A program made the translations under genes and the position numbers. This document shows positions 7,844 through 17,891 of a stretch of 62,286 nucleotides of DNA, one piece after another (the first letter of the stretch is position 1; each line of letters begins with the position of its first letter). Under the pieces are notes generated by a model, which saw nothing but the letters and a program-made list of their open reading frames with translations, had not been told where the DNA came from and made no database searches. The stretch comes from Bacteroidales bacterium. Its GTDB lineage: Bacteria; Bacteroidota; Bacteroidia; Bacteroidales; UBA12077. The stretch spans positions 1 through 62,286 of the forward strand of contig JAWOEH010000210.1 in assembly GCA_046482855.1 (NCBI GenBank), read 5' to 3'.

Positions 7844-9223
7844 ATGCTGAAAACACTCAGAGATAATCCTGCTATGCGCTGGTTTGTATTAATTCTCTCC
7901 AGCATTGTAATGTTTTTTAACTACTATTTTTATGATGCATTGGCTCCCCTGAAGGATTTGATGCTTATTAACCTGAATATCGATTCAACAGGATATGGTC
8001 TGTTTATATCGGCTTATTCAGTGCCCAACACGTTCCTGTTCATGGCCGTTTTGGGTGGTATTATACTCGACCGTATAGGCATTCGTATAACAGGAACCAT
8101 GTTTGTTTCCTTAATGGCTATCGGCTCCGCTATTACGGCCTATGGGGCTTCGGAATACTACCTTGCCGGCGGTTTTGGCTTCGACTTCATGAACTCTTTC
8201 TGGCCTAAGTACCCTGCAGCCTTAAAAATGATGTACCTGGGTTTCTTTATTTTTGGTTTAGGCGCCGAAACTTCCATTGTTGTGCTTAGTAAAGTTATCG
8301 TGAAATGGTTTAAGGGGAAAGAGCTTGCTCTGGCCTTAGGGTTGAATCTGGCCATTGGTCGCTTGGGAACAGCTTTGGCCTTACAATTGTCGCCAACACT
8401 ATCCGAGTCGGGCGATTCCTGGACGCTTGCAATTTGGTTTGGCGTGATGTTGTTGTGGCTTGGTGTGCTGTTTTTCTTGTTTTACAATATTCTTGATAAG
8501 AAGCTTGATAAACAGATTAGAGAGTCCTTGCCTAAAGATGCTGAGGATGAATTTAAGTGGGCCGATTTGAAATTTTTGGTTACAAATAAAACCTTCATAT
8601 ACATCACCTTACTGTGTGTTACCTTCTATTCTGCTGTATTCCCATTCATTAAGTATGCCCCTGATATGCTGATGAATAAGTTTGATTTTGATCGGCAGTT
8701 TAGTGGCAATATTTCGGCAGTATTGATGTATGGAACCATCATTTTGACGCCACTTTTTGGTTGGATTGCCGATAATAAAGGCAAAAGTGCCACGCTTATG
8801 TATCTTGGCTCGGCACTGCTGATTGTTTCGCATCTGATGTTTGCAAAAACCATGATCTACCCCATAATTCCCATATTCCTGTTGGGTGTAGCCTTTTCCT
8901 TAGTTCCTGCAGCTATGTGGCCGGCGGTTACGAAAATTGTAGGAGAGAATAAGATTGGTACAGCTTATGGTTTCATGTTTTCGGTGCAGAACTTTGGCCT
9001 TTGGGCGCTGCCCCAACTCATAGGTCATGTGTTGGAAAAATCCAACCCGGGCGTGGCTGAAGCCTTGAAAGCCGGAAAGGACGTAAGCTACGATTACACA
9101 AATCCCTTGTTAATGCTGGCGTTGTTAGGCGTGCTTGGTCTTATTTTTGCCTTCCTGTTAAAGCGTGAAGATAAAGTCTCGGGTTATGGTCTTGAGCTTC
9201 CGAACCGCGAAGCAGCACGATAA
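7844..9223 (+). CDS. MFS transporter, MFSD1-like
   Basis: About 12 hydrophobic segments, motif A GIILDRIGIR, and WFKGKELALALG. Confidence 0.88.
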   Translation: MLKTLRDNPAMRWFVLILSSIVMFFNYYFYDALAPLKDLMLINLNIDSTGYGLFISAYSVPNTFLFMAVLGGIILDRIGIRITGTMFVSLMAIGSAITAYGASEYYLAGGFGFDFMNSFWPKYPAALKMMYLGFFIFGLGAETSIVVLSKVIVKWFKGKELALALGLNLAIGRLGTALALQLSPTLSESGDSWTLAIWFGVMLLWLGVLFFLFYNILDKKLDKQIRESLPKDAEDEFKWADLKFLVTNKTFIYITLLCVTFYSAVFPFIKYAPDMLMNKFDFDRQFSGNISAVLMYGTIILTPLFGWIADNKGKSATLMYLGSALLIVSHLMFAKTMIYPIIPIFLLGVAFSLVPAAMWPAVTKIVGENKIGTAYGFMFSVQNFGLWALPQLIGHVLEKSNPGVAEALKAGKDVSYDYTNPLLMLALLGVLGLIFAFLLKREDKVSGYGLELPNREAAR

Positions 9224-9239
9224 TTATCGTTACAATCAT

Positions 9240-9271
9240 AAAAAAAGGAGGCCGGTGAGGCCTCCTTTTTT
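9240..9271. terminator. Bidirectional intrinsic terminator
   Basis: A-run, ggaggcc-ggtga-ggcctcc, T-run, located between convergent genes. Confidence 0.88.
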
Positions 9272-9286
9272 ATTGGGTATATGTTA

Positions 9287-10549
9287 TCAGCGAATGATTG
9301 TGCTGTCGCGATTGGGCCCAACGGATACGTAGTTTATGGGCACTTCCAGTTCCTTTTCAAGATAAGCTATGTAAGCTTTAAAGGTTTCGGGAAGATCTTT
9401 ATAAGTAGTAACAGAGGAGATATCTTCCTGCCAACCGGTAAACTCTTTGTAAATGGGCTCCAACCCTTCATTAATTTCGAAAGGCAGATAATCGAACTGT
9501 TTTCCTTTCCACTGATAGTGTGTACATACCTTAATTTTATCAAATCCGGATAACACGTCGGATTTAGTTATTATCAGCTGTGTAACACCATTAATGGCCA
9601 CGGCATATTTTAATGCCGGCAGGTCGAGCCAACCGCAACGGCGAGGACGTCCGGTAGTGGCACCAAATTCGTTTCCTTTATTCTGAAGATCTTCACCATC
9701 CTTGTCAAACAACTCAGTAGGGAAAGGACCAGCGCCAACACGCGTGCAGTAGGCTTTAAAAATGCCAAATACTTCACCCACTTTGTTGGGGGCTACTCCT
9801 AAGCCATTACAAGCGCCTGCACAAACTGTGTTTGAACTGGTAACAAAGGGGTAGGAGCCAAAATCGATGTCGAGTAGCGTGCCTTGAGCTCCTTCGGCCA
9901 GGATGCTTTTTCCCTCTTTCAGCCAGCGATTTATCTCTATCTCGCTATCAATCAGCTCAAACTCATGAATCAACTTAATCCCTTCAAACCACTCTTTTTC
10001 GTACGCTTGTAAATCGTACTCAAAATCATACATGGTTAATAGGCTCTTGTGTTTTTCAACCAGGGTGGTGTATCGTTCCTGAAAGTCCTCCATGAGCGTA
10101 TCGCCAATCCGTAAGCCATTTCGGCCTGTTTTATCCATATAGGTGGGGCCTATGCCTTTAAGGGTAGACCCTATTTTTGTTTTGCCTTTGGCTTTTTCAT
10201 TTGCGGCATCGAGTATACGATGCGACGGCAAAATCAGGTGTGCTTTTTTGGATATAAGCAGGTTTTTGCGTAAGTCCAGGCCTTTGGCATCTAATTCTGC
10301 CACTTCCTGAGCAAAAATCACCGGGTCGATAACAACGCCATTGCCAATCACATTCTTCTTTTGGCTGTGAAATACACCGGAAGGAATGGTGTGTAAAACG
10401 TGCTTGGTATCGTTAAATTCCAATGAGTGTCCGGCATTCGGGCCTCCCTGAAAACGGGCGATGACATCGTAGTGAGGTGTCAGTACATCTACAATTTTTC
10501 CTTTTCCTTCGTCTCCCCACTGCAGGCCTAGTAATACATCGATTTTCAT
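9287..10549 (-). CDS. purA: Adenylosuccinate synthetase
   Basis: QWGDEGKGK, GGPNAGH, EGAQG and GATTGRPRRCGW motifs. Confidence 0.97.
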   Translation of the reverse strand: MKIDVLLGLQWGDEGKGKIVDVLTPHYDVIARFQGGPNAGHSLEFNDTKHVLHTIPSGVFHSQKKNVIGNGVVIDPVIFAQEVAELDAKGLDLRKNLLISKKAHLILPSHRILDAANEKAKGKTKIGSTLKGIGPTYMDKTGRNGLRIGDTLMEDFQERYTTLVEKHKSLLTMYDFEYDLQAYEKEWFEGIKLIHEFELIDSEIEINRWLKEGKSILAEGAQGTLLDIDFGSYPFVTSSNTVCAGACNGLGVAPNKVGEVFGIFKAYCTRVGAGPFPTELFDKDGEDLQNKGNEFGATTGRPRRCGWLDLPALKYAVAINGVTQLIITKSDVLSGFDKIKVCTHYQWKGKQFDYLPFEINEGLEPIYKEFTGWQEDISSVTTYKDLPETFKAYIAYLEKELEVPINYVSVGPNRDSTIIR

Positions 10550-10602
10550 TACACTTATTTTTTGAAATGAACTTATATTTCGGATCTTTAAGAACGGACC
10601 AC

Positions 10603-10632
10603 AAAAAAGCCGGATCTTAATAAAACCCAGCT
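10603..10632 (-). terminator. Terminator-like hairpin between fur and purA
   Basis: Minus strand AGCTGGG-N11-TCCGGCT followed by a T-run. The G-U pairs form only on the minus-strand RNA. Confidence 0.5.
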
Positions 10633-10696
10633 GATAAAAATAACAAATCCCTGAGTAAAGATCTGAAATTTTGGTATGTTTTTAAAAATAATATTG

Positions 10697-11167
10697 CTAA
10701 TGCTCTGATGCGCTTGCCTTTTGGCACTCCTCACACAATCCGTAAAAATACAAGGAGTGATAACTGATGGAGAAGTTCATTACTTCCTGAATAGTTGATT
10801 GAATTTGCTGTATGCGGGGGTCGCAAAATTCAATTACTTTGCCACAGCTCTGACAGATCAGATGGTCGTGCTGTTTACATTGATAAGCTTTCTCGAATTG
10901 GGCTATATTTTTTCCAAACTGGTGCTTGATAACCAGATTGCTCTCCAGTAAAAGTTCGATGGTATTATATAAGGTGGCACGACTTACCCGGTAGTTTTTA
11001 TTCTTCATCGAGATGTATAATGACTCGATATCAAAGTGGTTGTCACGAGTATATATCTCATCAAGAATGGCATACCGCTCGGGTGTTTTACGATGGCCCT
11101 TCTTTTCCAGAAATTCTGTAAATATTTGTCGAACTGTCTCGTTTGTGTTACTACAACTAATTGACAT
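10697..11167 (-). CDS. fur: Fur-family transcriptional regulator
   Basis: [25 protein letters not shown] and CEEC motifs. Confidence 0.9.
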   Translation of the reverse strand: MSISCSNTNETVRQIFTEFLEKKGHRKTPERYAILDEIYTRDNHFDIESLYISMKNKNYRVSRATLYNTIELLLESNLVIKHQFGKNIAQFEKAYQCKQHDHLICQSCGKVIEFCDPRIQQIQSTIQEVMNFSISYHSLYFYGLCEECQKASASEH

Positions 11168-11211
11168 AAAAAGCTTATTTAGACAGCTCTAAAATAGATA
11201 AAATTTTTGTT

Positions 11212-11230
11212 ATTTAGAATTATTTTAAAG
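11212..11230. promoter_or_regulatory. Fur-box-like palindrome upstream of fur
   Basis: ATTTAGAATTATTTTAAAG matches 17/19 of ATTTAGAATTATTCTAAAT (Bacteroidota Fur box, recalled from memory). Confidence 0.65.
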
Positions 11231-11235
11231 AAAAA

Positions 11236-13506
11236 TTATGTTTCAATCTCTTCTTTACGTTTTACTTTATCTACGCCTTTTAATTTGCTCAAATCCAAAA
11301 TTAAGTTATTTAGATCGGAGGCACTGTGCACGTAGAGTTCAACTTCGCCCTCAAAAATCCCATCATGGGTTTCAATATTAATTCTTCGAATGTTGGCATT
11401 TAGTTCATTGGAAATGGTGGCTGTAATATCTTTGGCAATACCAACGCGGTCGATGCCATTAATACTGAGTTTGGCTAAAAATGAAAGGAGCTTGTGCGTG
11501 GTCCATCGGGCCGGAACAATGGTATTCCCCTGGCTTGACATCAGCTTGATGGCTATGGGACATTTGGATTTATGTATAACAATATTTTTATTATCCTTAT
11601 CGCGGAAGCCAAGTACATCATCCCCGGGAATAGGTTTGCAGCAATCGGCAATCTCGTATTCGGGAACTCCCGATTTGTCCTCCCGGAGTAATACAGGGTC
11701 TTTGTAGCTGAAGTTCTCTTGCTTTTGAACCCCCACGTTGTCACGTCTGGGTTTTCCTGCACCTGTTGATTTTGCTAACTGTAAACTCCAATAGCGAATA
11801 ATCTTATTCTTGGTATTCTTTTTTAAGATCTTTTTTAAATCGTCCAATTGAATAATACCTGTGCCTATTTTGCTGTAAAGTTCATCTTTGGACAATACCT
11901 GGTACGCCGGCAGGATCTTTTTAAATACCCGTGAACTGGGTTGTACATTTAACTCATGCAACTTCTTCTCAAGGATTTTTTTCCCTTTTTCTATTCTGTT
12001 TTTATTATCGTCTTTTATGGCTTGGGTAATGGCGGACTTCGCCTTAGCGGTTTTTACATATTTTAGCCACTCTTTTTGTGTCCGTTGTTTCCCTGAAGTG
12101 ATTACCTCTACCTGATCGCCACTTTTAAGCAGGTGATTTAAAGGTGCGAGTTTGTGGTTTACTTTGGCGCCAATAGCTTTGTTGCCAATTTCGGTATGAA
12201 TTTCATAGGCAAAGTCCAGAGCTGTGGCGTTTTTGGGTAGGTTTTTCAGGTCGCCTTTAGGCGTAAAAACCATGATTTCAGAGGCAAACAAGTTCATTTT
12301 AAACTCATCCAGAAACTCCAATGCGTCGGATGAGGGTTGTTCGAGCATCTCGCGGATTTTCTTAATCCATCGATCCAGTTCGCCCTCATGCGTTGCTTCA
12401 CCTTTGTATTTCCAGTGAGCGGCAAAACCGCGTTCTGCAATTTCATTCATTCGTTCCGAGCGAATCTGCACTTCCACCCAACGGCCATTGGGCCCCATTA
12501 CGGTCATATGAAGAGCTTCGTAGCCATTGGCTTTAGGGGAACTTATCCAGTCGCGGATACGTTCGGGTTTGGGTGTGTAGATATCAGTAATTAACGAGTA
12601 AATTTGCCAACATTGCGCTTTCTCCGTGTCTCTGCTATGAGGCGTAAAGACAATGCGGATGGCCATCAGGTCATAAATTTCCTCAAACGGCACATTCTTG
12701 GTTTGCATCTTGTTCCATATGGAGTAGATGGATTTTGAACGGCCATTGATGTTGAACTCAAAATTGTGTGTCGAGAGTTTCTCGATGATAGGAAGTGAAA
12801 AACGGTTTATTTCTTGCTGACGTTTCTTTTCACTGTCTTTTACTTTTCCTGAAATTTCGAAAAACGATTTGGGGTGACGGTATTTGAGACTTAAATCTTC
12901 CAATTCGGTTTTTATGCTGTAAAGACCCAGCCTGTGCGAGAGGGGAGCGTAAAGATAGATGGTTTCGCCGGCAATTTTCATCTGTTTGTTTGCGGGCATA
13001 GCATCCAGGGTACGCATGTTATGCAGTCGGTCGGCCAGCTTTATCAGAATTACCCGAACATCGTCGGATAAAGTAAGCAGCATTTTTCGGAAATTTTCGG
13101 CCTGTAGCGAGGAGGAGTGATCGAAGACATCGGATATCTTGGTTAATCCGTCGATGATCTGGGTAACCTTGTGGCCAAAAAGATGTTCCATATCATCCAA
13201 GGTGTAATCGGTGTCTTCCACTACATCGTGCAGCAAGGCGCAGGCGATGGCTTTTGCTCCCAGCCCAATCTCCTGACTTACAATCTTAGCAACGGCAATG
13301 GGGTGTACAATGTAAGGCTCGCCGGACTTCCGACGCACCCCTTTGTGTGATTCATGGGCTACCTTAAAGGCTTTGTCGATCAGTTCGATTCCTTCTTTCG
13401 ACAGGTTCTTGGGGACTGTTGAAAGCAAGTCGTCAAACAGTGCCTGGATGTATTTTTCTTCTTCGTTACGATGTATGTCCGATACTGATACCATAGCCTT
13501 TCCCAC
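11236..13506 (-). CDS. relA: Bifunctional (p)ppGpp synthetase/hydrolase (long RSH)
   Basis: HD domain LHDVVED, KLADRLHNMRTL, EVQIR, AAHWKYK, TGS domain and C-terminal ACT domain. Confidence 0.95.
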   Translation of the reverse strand: MGKAMVSVSDIHRNEEEKYIQALFDDLLSTVPKNLSKEGIELIDKAFKVAHESHKGVRRKSGEPYIVHPIAVAKIVSQEIGLGAKAIACALLHDVVEDTDYTLDDMEHLFGHKVTQIIDGLTKISDVFDHSSSLQAENFRKMLLTLSDDVRVILIKLADRLHNMRTLDAMPANKQMKIAGETIYLYAPLSHRLGLYSIKTELEDLSLKYRHPKSFFEISGKVKDSEKKRQQEINRFSLPIIEKLSTHNFEFNINGRSKSIYSIWNKMQTKNVPFEEIYDLMAIRIVFTPHSRDTEKAQCWQIYSLITDIYTPKPERIRDWISSPKANGYEALHMTVMGPNGRWVEVQIRSERMNEIAERGFAAHWKYKGEATHEGELDRWIKKIREMLEQPSSDALEFLDEFKMNLFASEIMVFTPKGDLKNLPKNATALDFAYEIHTEIGNKAIGAKVNHKLAPLNHLLKSGDQVEVITSGKQRTQKEWLKYVKTAKAKSAITQAIKDDNKNRIEKGKKILEKKLHELNVQPSSRVFKKILPAYQVLSKDELYSKIGTGIIQLDDLKKILKKNTKNKIIRYWSLQLAKSTGAGKPRRDNVGVQKQENFSYKDPVLLREDKSGVPEYEIADCCKPIPGDDVLGFRDKDNKNIVIHKSKCPIAIKLMSSQGNTIVPARWTTHKLLSFLAKLSINGIDRVGIAKDITATISNELNANIRRINIETHDGIFEGEVELYVHSASDLNNLILDLSKLKGVDKVKRKEEIET

Positions 13507-13639
13507 GTATATTTTTTAAGACGAACTACAAATCTAGTGAATTTTCGCTATCGCCGGAAGAGTCCTGCTAACTTATGCGAAGTGAATCCGGTTAATTCCT
13601 GAATTATTCCTGGCAAAATTGACACTAAAGCCTAGTATG

Positions 13640-15121
13640 TTACGGATACAGAAGGGTTATGTTTCCCGATTTTTCAATTATTTGCCCTGTGTTGGTCGTA
13701 ATCTCAAGAAAATAGATATAGGTTCCTTCTGCCAGTGGGTTCCCTCTGGCATCGGTTCCTGTCCATCGTTCTCCGGGTGTGCGACTCATAAATAATACCT
13801 TGCCATACCGATCGACAATAGTTAGTTGATAACGCTTGGCAATAAAAGAAAATAACGGGGCAAATGTGTCATTGTGGCCATCGCCATTAGGTGTAAAAGC
13901 GTTGGGGATTTTCACTTCCGGTGAAATATCCAGACATAGCTGTGTGGAATAGCTTTTTTGAGCGCCTCCGGGTTCAAGGGTTGTGGATACCTGGTAGCAA
14001 ATTGTTTGTGTACGATCTTCGGCAGGCAGATTTTGTAAATCTTCGTTGTGCTCAGTAATAGGTGTTGCTGAAATTAATTCCTGAAAATCGGCATCTCCTA
14101 TTTTTCGCCATAACGTATACATCTGCTCTGCGTCGGTTGCTTCATTCCATTTTAATGAATAGGTCCACTCTCCGGTTTGCTGTGCAGTTAATTGGATGGT
14201 TGAAACCGATTCCGATTCGGTGGAGGGCTGCAGACAACTATTTACGGCGATGAGTTTGTATACAGCTGCCGTGTTATTATAAGCATCCGTATAACTAAAG
14301 TAGTTATCAATCCCCGAATTTTTTGTCAGCGTATCAAAATCGGTGCTGTTAGCCTGCTGCTTCAAAAGCCAGTATGTATCCAATTCGCTTGCATCGTCAA
14401 TGGCAAACCCCAACGATACTTCATTCCCTGTAACCGAACACAACGCCGGGTGAATAAAGTCCGGAGGCCTTTTGCGGTTGGTGAAGAGCGACAGCATGTT
14501 GCTCCAGGTGGTGTCTGCTGTGGTAAGATCCGGAAGACCTCCTACCTGAAGGGAATAGGCTTCGTTATTATTCAGATTGGAAAGTTGAAACTCCGGCGTG
14601 TCGGACTCGGCAATTATCTGGTGATTGCCGGCTTCATCAAGGGAAGCAACAAAGTAGCGGGTCATCGCTACGTCGCCTGTATCCATGAAATTGTTAATGT
14701 ATTGGGTTGCCGAAATTGTGGCTTCATTATCGCACGTGTCGTATTGCGCCGTCGCAAACAGGGTATGAAATTCGTCCGTCTTGTTGCTAATATCATAAGC
14801 AAGACCAGGTGTAGAGTCATAGGCTGCAAGCCGATACGAGCGTGAGCGTTGATTGGCGTTTGCTGTTCGATCGATATAAGTATGCTGACTGGTATCACGA
14901 ATAGAATCGAGGCGTATATGCGCATTAATATTCATTGAGTCGCGATAAATAATGACTGTGGCCGAGTCGGTAAGCTCCCAGGACAAGGCTACATGTCCCT
15001 CCGCGTTTATTACTGATATCTTCCTGATAATAGGAACATCGGGTCTTTGAGCCCGTGTTTGTTGAACCAGCAGAACGGTCAGAAAGATGATGCTCATATA
15101 CCGATAAATGCCTCTTTGCAT
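13640..15121 (-). CDS. Secreted protein with T9SS type-B (gliding motility-associated) C-terminal domain
   Basis: Signal peptide, Fn3-like beta-rich repeats and IPNAFTPNGDGHND...GTYIY...GNITLL. Confidence 0.85.
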   Translation of the reverse strand: MQRGIYRYMSIIFLTVLLVQQTRAQRPDVPIIRKISVINAEGHVALSWELTDSATVIIYRDSMNINAHIRLDSIRDTSQHTYIDRTANANQRSRSYRLAAYDSTPGLAYDISNKTDEFHTLFATAQYDTCDNEATISATQYINNFMDTGDVAMTRYFVASLDEAGNHQIIAESDTPEFQLSNLNNNEAYSLQVGGLPDLTTADTTWSNMLSLFTNRKRPPDFIHPALCSVTGNEVSLGFAIDDASELDTYWLLKQQANSTDFDTLTKNSGIDNYFSYTDAYNNTAAVYKLIAVNSCLQPSTESESVSTIQLTAQQTGEWTYSLKWNEATDAEQMYTLWRKIGDADFQELISATPITEHNEDLQNLPAEDRTQTICYQVSTTLEPGGAQKSYSTQLCLDISPEVKIPNAFTPNGDGHNDTFAPLFSFIAKRYQLTIVDRYGKVLFMSRTPGERWTGTDARGNPLAEGTYIYFLEITTNTGQIIEKSGNITLLYP

Positions 15122-15145
15122 AGTTGTATAAACGTTCAGGGTTGC

Positions 15146-16423
15146 TTATTCGTATGCCCCTGCAATTAATGTTACCATCTTTTCGGGCGACAGGTATTTT
15201 TGAGCTGTTTGTTGAATGTCGTTGGGTTCTATGTTCTGTATGCGCTTCAGCACACCGTTGTAATAGTCCAGAGGCAGCTCATTGTCGATTACTGCCCTGT
15301 ACATAGCAGCTGATTCAAAGGGCCCGTCAAAGGAACGTAACATTTCTCCAAGCGAGAAGTTCTTCAGTAACGTTAATTCCTCTTGCAGAATCGGTTCGTG
15401 TTGTATACGCTGGATCTCTTTAACAATTTCTTCCTGAACCTTATAGGCAGCTTCTTGGGTAACTTCGGCATGAATTACAAAATAGCCGCTGTATTGCAGA
15501 GGCACCAAAGCTGAGGAAATACCATAGGTAAGTCCTTGCTCTTCGCGTATCGATTTCATGAGTCGGCTGCCAAAAAATCCGCCCAACAGAAGATTTGTGA
15601 TGTACAGCCGTGTGTAGTCCGGATGGTAGCGATTGATGGTTTGCAAGCCCATGCGTATGGCATCCTGCGATGCTTCCGGATAGGGCAATATAATGGTTTT
15701 TCCTGAGGGAGGCACGTGGGCTCCCCAGGCTACAGGCTCTAACGTTTGCTGTTGTTTGGGTAGATCGAGTACCTCCTCAATGAGCTTTTTGGCTGTGGAT
15801 GTATCTTTTCCGGCCACCAAAACCTTCATCTTTCCTGAGGGGTAGTAGCTTTGGTGAAAATCTTTCAGTGCGTCGGTTGTCAGGTGCTGAAAATCTGAAG
15901 GTGCAGGGGTTTTTCCGTAAGGGTGTTTTGTGCCAAAGATCTTGCCCGGGAAATGATAACGCACTTGGCTTCCCACTTTCTCCAACTCTATGGCAAGTTT
16001 GTGTTCTTCGTTTTGTTTATAGGTGTTTAACTCCTTCTGTGGGAAGGATGGATAAAAGGCAAGTTCATTCATTAATTCCAGCATACGCTTTAGGTGCCTG
16101 TTTAGGCAGAAGAGGGTGAGGCTTGCCTGATCTTTTCCGCAGCTGGCTTGAATAAAGGCACCTTTACTATCCAGCATGGTTGCTATTTGCTCACTGTTAA
16201 AGCTGCGTGTTCCTTCTTGCAGCAGGGCATTGGTTGCCATGGCCACAAAAGGCTCTTTTTCGCGCCGCATACCGGCATCAAACATCAATTCCACACGCAC
16301 CACCTCTTCCGTTCCTCCTTCCAGTGCATAAAAAGGAACCCCTGAACTGAGTACCTCCTTTTTTGGGGGTGTTAGTTTAATGTCGATGTTTTCTTTGTAA
16401 GGGGGTGCTATTGTACGGTTCAT
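15146..16423 (-). CDS. M16 family peptidase, non-catalytic subunit
   Basis: GFFGSRLMKSIREEQGLTYGI is present; the HxxEH motif is absent. Confidence 0.85.
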   Translation of the reverse strand: MNRTIAPPYKENIDIKLTPPKKEVLSSGVPFYALEGGTEEVVRVELMFDAGMRREKEPFVAMATNALLQEGTRSFNSEQIATMLDSKGAFIQASCGKDQASLTLFCLNRHLKRMLELMNELAFYPSFPQKELNTYKQNEEHKLAIELEKVGSQVRYHFPGKIFGTKHPYGKTPAPSDFQHLTTDALKDFHQSYYPSGKMKVLVAGKDTSTAKKLIEEVLDLPKQQQTLEPVAWGAHVPPSGKTIILPYPEASQDAIRMGLQTINRYHPDYTRLYITNLLLGGFFGSRLMKSIREEQGLTYGISSALVPLQYSGYFVIHAEVTQEAAYKVQEEIVKEIQRIQHEPILQEELTLLKNFSLGEMLRSFDGPFESAAMYRAVIDNELPLDYYNGVLKRIQNIEPNDIQQTAQKYLSPEKMVTLIAGAYE

Positions 16424-16431
16424 AAATACAG

Positions 16432-17679
16432 TTATTCAGGTTGTAGTGTGCTTTTATAAAATAAGGTGTTGCTATTGCTTGGGGCAAAAAGTTTTTGAGC
16501 TTCTTCTTGCAGTTGGCTGGCGGTGAGCGCTTTAAATTTATCAACTTGCAGGTTGTACTCTTTGGCATCTCCAAGGGCTTGGTAATAAGCCAGGTTCATA
16601 GCTTTGTTCAGGCTATGGGTGGTGCCTATGAGTTGTACAGCTTCAAATTTGTTTTTTATTTTTTGTATCTCTTCCCGATCAGGCGCTGCCTCGGTAAGTT
16701 TGAATAATTGGTGTTCTACTGCTTCGTTTGCTTGTGCCAGTGAAATGCCCGGAAGTACATGGCCTGAAACAACCAACATGCCCCGATCCATGTCGCCGGT
16801 TATATACGCATTGATATTTTGAAAGATCGATTTTTTCTTTACCAAAGCTTGGTGTAATCGCGCTGAGCGTCCATTGGCCAGGATGTCGGAGAGTGCGTCG
16901 GCAGCATAATAGCGAGGCGAAAGATGATCTGACATGGGGTAGGCCTTTACCAGGGCATGCAAGGGCACTCTTCGTGCAACCTCATTAAAGGTCGCTTGGT
17001 TTTGCTCGGGTTCCACCGGATATTCGGGGTTTTGGATTTTACGCTCAGGAATGGGGCCAAACCACTTTTCGGCCAGCTGCACAATTTCCTCAAAAGGGAT
17101 GTCGCTAACCACCGAGAGGATGGCATTATTGGGTGCGTAGTGGCGATAAAAGAAGGCTTCAACCTCTGGTAAGCTCACCTCGCGTATGTGATTCATATCC
17201 TTTCCAATGGTGGGCCAGCGATAAGGATGTACACGATATACCTGGTCACGCAAAAGGCTGAACAGATCGCCGTAAGGCTGGCTGGTATAGCGTTGGTTGT
17301 ACTCCTCAATCACTACCTTTTTCTGTATCGCCAGTTTTTCTTCGGAAAGATCGAGGCCCAACATACGGTCCGATTCCAGCCAAAAGGCTGTTTCAATATT
17401 GGCCGAGGGCAAGGTTATGTAATAGTTTGTTATATCATTAGAGGTAAATGCATTGTTTTCTCCACCAGCCATTTGCAAAGGTCCATCGAACGAGGGAATG
17501 TTTTGCGACCCTTCAAACATTAAATGCTCAAAAAGGTGGGCTAAACCGGTACGATGCATTTCCTCGTTTCTTGAACCTACTTTGTAAAGCAGGTTTACGG
17601 CTGAGCTCGCTGTGTTGGGGGCATGATGATGGAGAATTTGCAAGCCATTGGCAAGCTTATGGTGTTGGTAGTTTATCAT
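16432..17679 (-). CDS. M16 family zinc peptidase, catalytic subunit
   Basis: GLAHLFEHLMF, NAFT and LESDRM motifs. Confidence 0.92.
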   Translation of the reverse strand: MINYQHHKLANGLQILHHHAPNTASSAVNLLYKVGSRNEEMHRTGLAHLFEHLMFEGSQNIPSFDGPLQMAGGENNAFTSNDITNYYITLPSANIETAFWLESDRMLGLDLSEEKLAIQKKVVIEEYNQRYTSQPYGDLFSLLRDQVYRVHPYRWPTIGKDMNHIREVSLPEVEAFFYRHYAPNNAILSVVSDIPFEEIVQLAEKWFGPIPERKIQNPEYPVEPEQNQATFNEVARRVPLHALVKAYPMSDHLSPRYYAADALSDILANGRSARLHQALVKKKSIFQNINAYITGDMDRGMLVVSGHVLPGISLAQANEAVEHQLFKLTEAAPDREEIQKIKNKFEAVQLIGTTHSLNKAMNLAYYQALGDAKEYNLQVDKFKALTASQLQEEAQKLFAPSNSNTLFYKSTLQPE

Positions 17680-17891
17680 ATACTTATATTTACTACAAAT
17701 GTAAAGATTTATCTGGTTACCGGAGGAGCCATTCTGTACTTTCTTCTAAGGTTTGCGTATTTGTGTTTCCAGGCGCTTACTTTGTATTTTTTTGTTAAGA
17801 TCAGCTTGTTAGTGGTTGGAGTGCAAGTTTTATAGGTAATTGCCGGCGGAAAATTTTCAAAGCCCGAATTATGTTATATTTTTGTGCTATT

